DNA of 64,000 nucleotides from Dimorphilus gyrociliatus (Eukaryota > Animalia > Annelida): the NCBI GenBank assembly GCA_904063045.1, contig CAJFCJ010000003.1, positions 372,001 to 436,000 of the forward strand, read 5' to 3'. The notes beneath the pieces are model-generated. The model was not told the DNA's origin and did no database searches. It saw nothing but the letters and a program-made list of their open reading frames with translations. Position 1 is the stretch's first letter; every line of letters begins with the position of its first letter. This document shows positions 50,691 through 64,000 of the stretch, piece by piece. A program made the position numbers and the translations under genes.

Positions 50691-53121
50691 TTATTGAAGT
50701 TTTTCCATATACCACTCAAAAAAACCAATCTCTTTTAGAAACTCTTTTAAGAGGTTTTCTTCTGACTCCGTCATAGGAGCTACTGGCAACCTTGGCTGAC
50801 CGACAGCTAAGCCTAAGCATCTTAATATAGCTTTCGAACCACCGGGAACAGTTAGCTCCATTTGCCTCCTTACTGTCATTAAATCTAATGCCCTCTTTTG
50901 GCATGCTCTTGCTCGACCTACATCACCCTTATCAAACGCCTCCTTTGTATTACTTAGAACGTGACCTAGGAAACTATCACAGATGGTAGTTTTGCACCCA
51001 AGTACTAAACCCTCGAGGAAAAGCTGAATAGGAACAAAGTTAATCGTCTAAATATAAAAGTGGTTCAAAAGGGAAAAACTTACGTCATTAGTGCCCATCA
51101 TCATTATCATATCTGGATGATCAGTTAGTACTCTGTGGATGCTATCTAGTTGGGGAGAAGTGTGCTTAAGTCCTTTTAAAGTTGGAATTTGCGATTTAGC
51201 CTTTTTAAAGAATTCCGTTACTGAAACTGAAATTACCTAAAGATTTTTAATTCACTGTATATAACATAATTATGTTAATTTACGGTTAATTCCTGTCAAG
51301 AAATTGATATCATATAGGAAAAACGCCGTATTAGGAGCGGCTGAAGCGACTTTAGCTATATAGTTAACGTAATCTTCCATCCTCAAAGGGATCAAATAAC
51401 TAGGAGCTACACAAGCGATTCCATCCGCTCCAATAGATTCAGCGTGCTTCGCCTAAGGATATTTATATAAATTCATGCATAAAATCTATTTGAACTGTAT
51501 ATCTAGTATAAAAGTATTTTTAGAAAATGGTAATAATATCCTATACCAATTGCATCGATTCCATATAATTACCAGTTCCAACGTGAACAATAATTTTCTC
51601 GAATCTAATTTTAATAAAAATAAAAAATCAATAACTAATACATTTTTTAAAAATGAAAGCAAGAGACTGCTAGTTTCTTTCTTTCTCTATTTGCCCTTAT
51701 AGAGATTTATTATTATAAACAATAAATTACCTAGACTTTCCAACTTCCATCCACTTCTCGGCTACACTCTTTCTTTCATCAACAGTCATTGATAAAGCTT
51801 CTCCGGTTGTTCCATTAACTAATAAAAGCCAGAGAAGAAAAGAAATTATAGTTATACAATTTATTTCTAATGATAAAAGAAAAGTTATTTTACCAAATAG
51901 ATTCTTTATACCATGATCTTTTATTTGTCCGGCATAAGAGTCGAACAAATCAAAATTAACATTTCTGTATTATTACAAATGAATATTAAAAACTTAATAC
52001 AATACGAGTATTCTTATTCTTTTTACCCATTTTCGTTAAATGGCGTAACCGGTGCAGTAACAAGACCATTAATCGTCCAGGACGCAATATTCTATTGTTG
52101 GAAAGGAATAAAATTTATAATCAATCCTATATAGATATACTGTATATGCTATACACGTATAGCAAATATACAGTATTATAGGTACAAGTATTTCCCTTCC
52201 CTCAAAATCTATTTTATTAATCTTTCTAATATTTTGTATTAGTTATACAATTAAGGAGCCTCTCCATTCCAGCCTACGCAGAGAGAGTTAGCTATTTTCA
52301 ACTGTCTTCATTATAGACCAAAAACACCTACCACCTTTAATTTTTTTCCCTTCTGTATATATATTATGAATTAATATAAAAATAGTAAAATATAAGATAA
52401 ATAACCAAATTATTTATTGACAAGAATCAATTTTTTTTATATTACTTTTGTGATAAAATACATTTACCTAAAAAAAAGAGAATGAATGGTTTCCAGTTGT
52501 TATAATAGTATTAATTATTAATAAATTAGTTTTAACATGTTAAAACTATAAATAGTAGAATATATAAATTCATTAGAAATATTATTGTTTATTATTATTA
52601 AAGAAACCAAATGAGATAGAGAGAGAAGGAAAAGTTACAATTGAAATATATTAATGAAAGTGGGCGTATATGTTGATGGTATAAAGACTATTACAGGGAA
52701 AGTAATTTGTAAATAGTGTATATATAAATAAAAAGAGTACAAATACAACAAAAAAACTAAATTAAATCTTTAGATTAGATTAATCTACTTATAAAAAGTT
52801 GCAATCTTCTTCTATTTTTGTTTTTTCCTCTACTCTATTGGACATTTAGCATTAATTTTTGCTGCTAGTATTATTTTATTATACATTAACTATAGACTTT
52901 TATCGCTGTTAGGCTTTTTTTATTATTATCTATTTGGAATATGATAGGAAAACAAAAGAATTCTTTAAAAATTAACCAATTCAAGCTGGGTTTTCTTGTA
53001 AACTGTATGTTAAATTTAATGATGAAATTAATATTCAATTTTCATTCATAATTTATAATGCAAATAGTTTACATCATCTAAATTTTTTAACATATTTGCT
53101 AAAACTTACCGGACTAGTCAT
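50691..53121 (-). CDS. NPL: N-acetylneuraminate lyase (NPL/NanA)-like class I aldolase of the DHDPS family
   Basis: A 12-nt first exon (ATG ACT AGT CCG|gtaagt, 53121-53110) is followed by GLVTAPVTPF, NGTTGEALSMTVDERK, IIVHVG, HAESIGADGIACVAP, FFLYDI (Tyr), GLKHTS (Schiff-base Lys) and GQPRLP. Confidence 0.85.
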
Positions 53122-53144
53122 CTTCGTTCTTTGGTCATATGATT

Positions 53145-53154
53145 GTCACGTGAC
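53145..53154. promoter_or_regulatory. Perfect CLEAR/E-box palindrome GTCACGTGAC in the NPL/FERM divergent promoter
   Basis: Exact 10-bp palindrome 24 bp upstream of the NPL-like ATG. It matches the established TFEB/MITF CLEAR consensus. Function is not shown. Confidence 0.6.
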
Positions 53155-53314
53155 CATTAAAAGATTTCAATAATATTATTTACCGGTTTATAGAGGATAT
53201 ATTCTGTTAAATAAAATATTACTAATAAAACCAACATTATATGTGCACGTTTTAGTAATTTCGAAAAGTTGAATAATAATGAAATGATTAAATAGCAGAA
53301 TAGACTGGTTCGCC

Positions 53315-53323
53315 CGCCATATT
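53315..53323. promoter_or_regulatory. YY1-type motif CGCCATATT in the same divergent promoter
   Basis: Exact match to CGCCATNTT, lying in the most GC-rich patch between the two ATGs. Confidence 0.45.
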
Positions 53324-53403
53324 GAGGAGCATCTTTTCATTCGAAATTTTGCAATGCTGCTGTCATTTTCCAGATTTTCGATATTTCTATAAATTGTTCC
53401 GGA

Positions 53404-61916
<8,513 letters not shown>

Positions 61917-62167
61917 ATGTTCAAATATAGGCTTATTTAAAAACATGCAAAAAAGAAACATAAAGGCATCATTCCATGGGCTCTTTTTAGTCATATTTTT
62001 CAATTTCACTTTTGATGCTTTTAAAAAAGGAAACCCCCCCTTAAGTGCCTCCTCCTCTTTTACTTATCAGCATTATACTCTTGGCTGGTCCTAATTTGGT
62101 TATCGTGTGTAGTTATGTTTAGTTTTCTTTATAATTTTTACTTTAAATATTCTTTTAAATTTCTTTA

Positions 62168-62178
62168 TATATATATAA

Positions 62179-62211
<33 letters not shown>
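62168..62211. repeat. (TA)n microsatellite downstream of the FERM gene
   Basis: Directly visible. Confidence 0.9.
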
Positions 62212-62213
<2 letters not shown>

Positions 62214-63539
62214 GTGTTGGTGCTATTTGTGTATGATTACGCTATTTACCTCGCCTCGCTATGCGATTTGGACAAAATTTTTCAGAACATAAACACTATT
62301 AAATTCTTGCACAAAATCCAGTTATTTAATACTGATATTGCTTCTTTTGCATGGCTACTCATACTTAAGATTTCTGCAAGCGGTTTGTATTTCCCAATAG
62401 ACTGCTTTCGTTTTCTTAGGTTGATGAAAGAATATGGTTTTGCATCATTTTAGCAAAGAATTTAAAAGAGCTCTTAATTAGAGAAAAAGAAAATTTTCAC
62501 ACGGTATTTCGAGGTTCTTTCGAAAAGAGGAAAAAAATTTATTTCGTATAACGAGGAGAGGGCGAGTAGGGAGGGAATGTTTTTTTTTTCAATTCGTTTT
62601 TATTGTGAATTTGATTATTTATAATCTATGAAAAAAAATCAGTCTTTCGAATTTTTCCAGATAAAATATCTAATATCACCTTTTACATAACATATATTTT
62701 TATCTTGATTTCAATTTCTTGTTTTCGTTTTTTTCCTTTTTTTGCATTTAAAAAAAAGGAAAGGAAACAAAAAAAATGTTCTCTTTTATCTTTTTCAAAT
62801 TATATTTTTAGGGAAAGAGATCCAGAGAAATAGAGGGAGAAGGCCAATATAGAATTATAAAAAAAAGAGAATGGAATTATCTTCTATTCCTTCTCTAACT
62901 TTTATTCCCATATCACTCTCCCAAGCTATCTATCTATCCATCTCTCTCTCTCACATACACACACACTGTCTATCTCTCTCCAGAGAGAGAAATATATATT
63001 TATATAATTTTTAATATTTTGATCTTTGATTCTTTGGTAAAAGAAAAAATAATTGATTATGTTCGTCAATGTCTCCTTATTTTTTCTAGTTACTCCTAGT
63101 CCAAAAGTTTTAATAAATTACATGTTTGTTTGTTTCCTACACTATTCTTTGTATAGGTGATTGGTATTTAAAAAAATATGAAAAAAAAACAACAACAACA
63201 AACAAAATTACTAAACGCAGATTAAATGTTTTTCAAGTCTAATAAAATTTCTATAAATAACATTATAAAAACTTATATTTTATGATAAATCTATACAAAT
63301 GTTTATAAATCCGTATGTAATACAGAAAATACCTGTATTCTAAAGCTATTCCTTTAATAATTGATAATTCAAGTTTACATTAAAGCGAGAAAACTATATA
63401 CAGATTACAATATTATTAACTTAATTAGCAGACGAAATAAATATATATTCCGAGAAGAAATAATAGAAAGGAAAGAAACGTATAACATATACTTAAATAT
63501 AAATACAAAATACAATATATAAATTTGTTTAGACATTTG

Positions 63540-64000
63540 TTAGACGTGGTCCTCTAATTGTTTTTTAACCTTCTCCAATAAAAGTCGATTCAACTTATTC
63601 TCTTTCATATGAACTATGACAAATGATATAATTCCTAAAATGGCAATTGATCCATCAAATAGCCAAAAATGCTTTTCTTCTTCGCTTGGAAGCTTTGGGC
63701 AGCTAGAATGTAGATTTAAAGACAGTTTAGAATTTTCATTATGCCATCATGTTGAATTTTTGTTTGTTTTTTCCGTACTTATTATCGTTTTAAATTAATA
63801 ACAAACCTTAGTCTAATTTGCCTAGTTTGCTTTGTTGCATTCATTGTACATGTTATTTCTTCAAAGTAACCAGTTTTCCCGCATTCTTTTAATGCTTTCT
63901 GTAATATGTAATAGCAATTAGACTTGAAAATGAGTCAAACAGTTGACATTAATTAAACGACAATACCTTGTCAAAATTTGAACACTTTTTACACTTTGCA
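63540..64000 (-). CDS. JTB: Jumping translocation breakpoint protein, 3' three exons (5'-truncated by window edge)
   Basis: Spliced translation: ...KCKKCSNFDK|KALKECGKTGYFEEITC...|CPKLPSEEEKHFWLFDGSIAILGIISFVIVHMKENKLNRLLLEKVKKQLEDHV*. This matches the JTB pattern C..CSNF...ECG.TGY.E.ITC...FW.F.G...L.R..LEKV.KQ.E. It is absent from the ORF track. Confidence 0.88.

Noticed and set aside
47817-53121. Idea that the lyase-transporter pair is a horizontally transferred bacterial nan operon
   Set aside because: Both genes have multiple spliceosomal introns, and the transporter has animal SLC17 motifs rather than NanT motifs.
62214-62453. 79-aa hydrophobic + ORF after the FERM stop
   Set aside because: It has a GTG start directly after a TA microsatellite, no splice context or motif, and is probably 3' UTR.

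Overview
AT-rich animal genomic DNA with very short GT-AG introns (mostly about 45-100 nt) and dense gene packing. The gene content suggests a compact lophotrochozoan genome, possibly annelid (inference). No tRNA, rRNA, CRISPR array or intact transposon was recognised. Fourteen protein-coding genes were assembled by hand. From 0-12 kb: the 3' end of a GPI-type Cys-rich protein, an SLC46-type MFS transporter, a membrane-anchored antistasin-repeat protein, a chitin-binding type I membrane protein and a GPI-type EB-like protein. From 17-37 kb: a class A GPCR, an ~11.9 kb mega-thrombospondin-like gene and a second EB-like paralog. From 38-47 kb: an intronless atypical E2 and a head-to-head pair of KH-like/macrodomain genes, one ending in a RING finger. 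From 47-64 kb: an SLC17/sialin-like transporter directly downstream of an N-acetylneuraminate-lyase-like gene, a FRMD3/5-like FERM gene sharing a 282 bp divergent gap with the lyase, and the 3' part of JTB. The best leads are (1) the E2 + macro-RING + macro cluster, which resembles the PARP9/DTX3L arrangement but lacks any PARP catalytic domain, (2) the lyase-transporter tandem with a perfect CLEAR box and a divergent sugar pocket, (3) candidate alternative exons in the FERM gene, and (4) repeated TATACWGTATA motifs matching Tc1/mariner excision footprints. All exon models and counts are by hand and unverified by any search.
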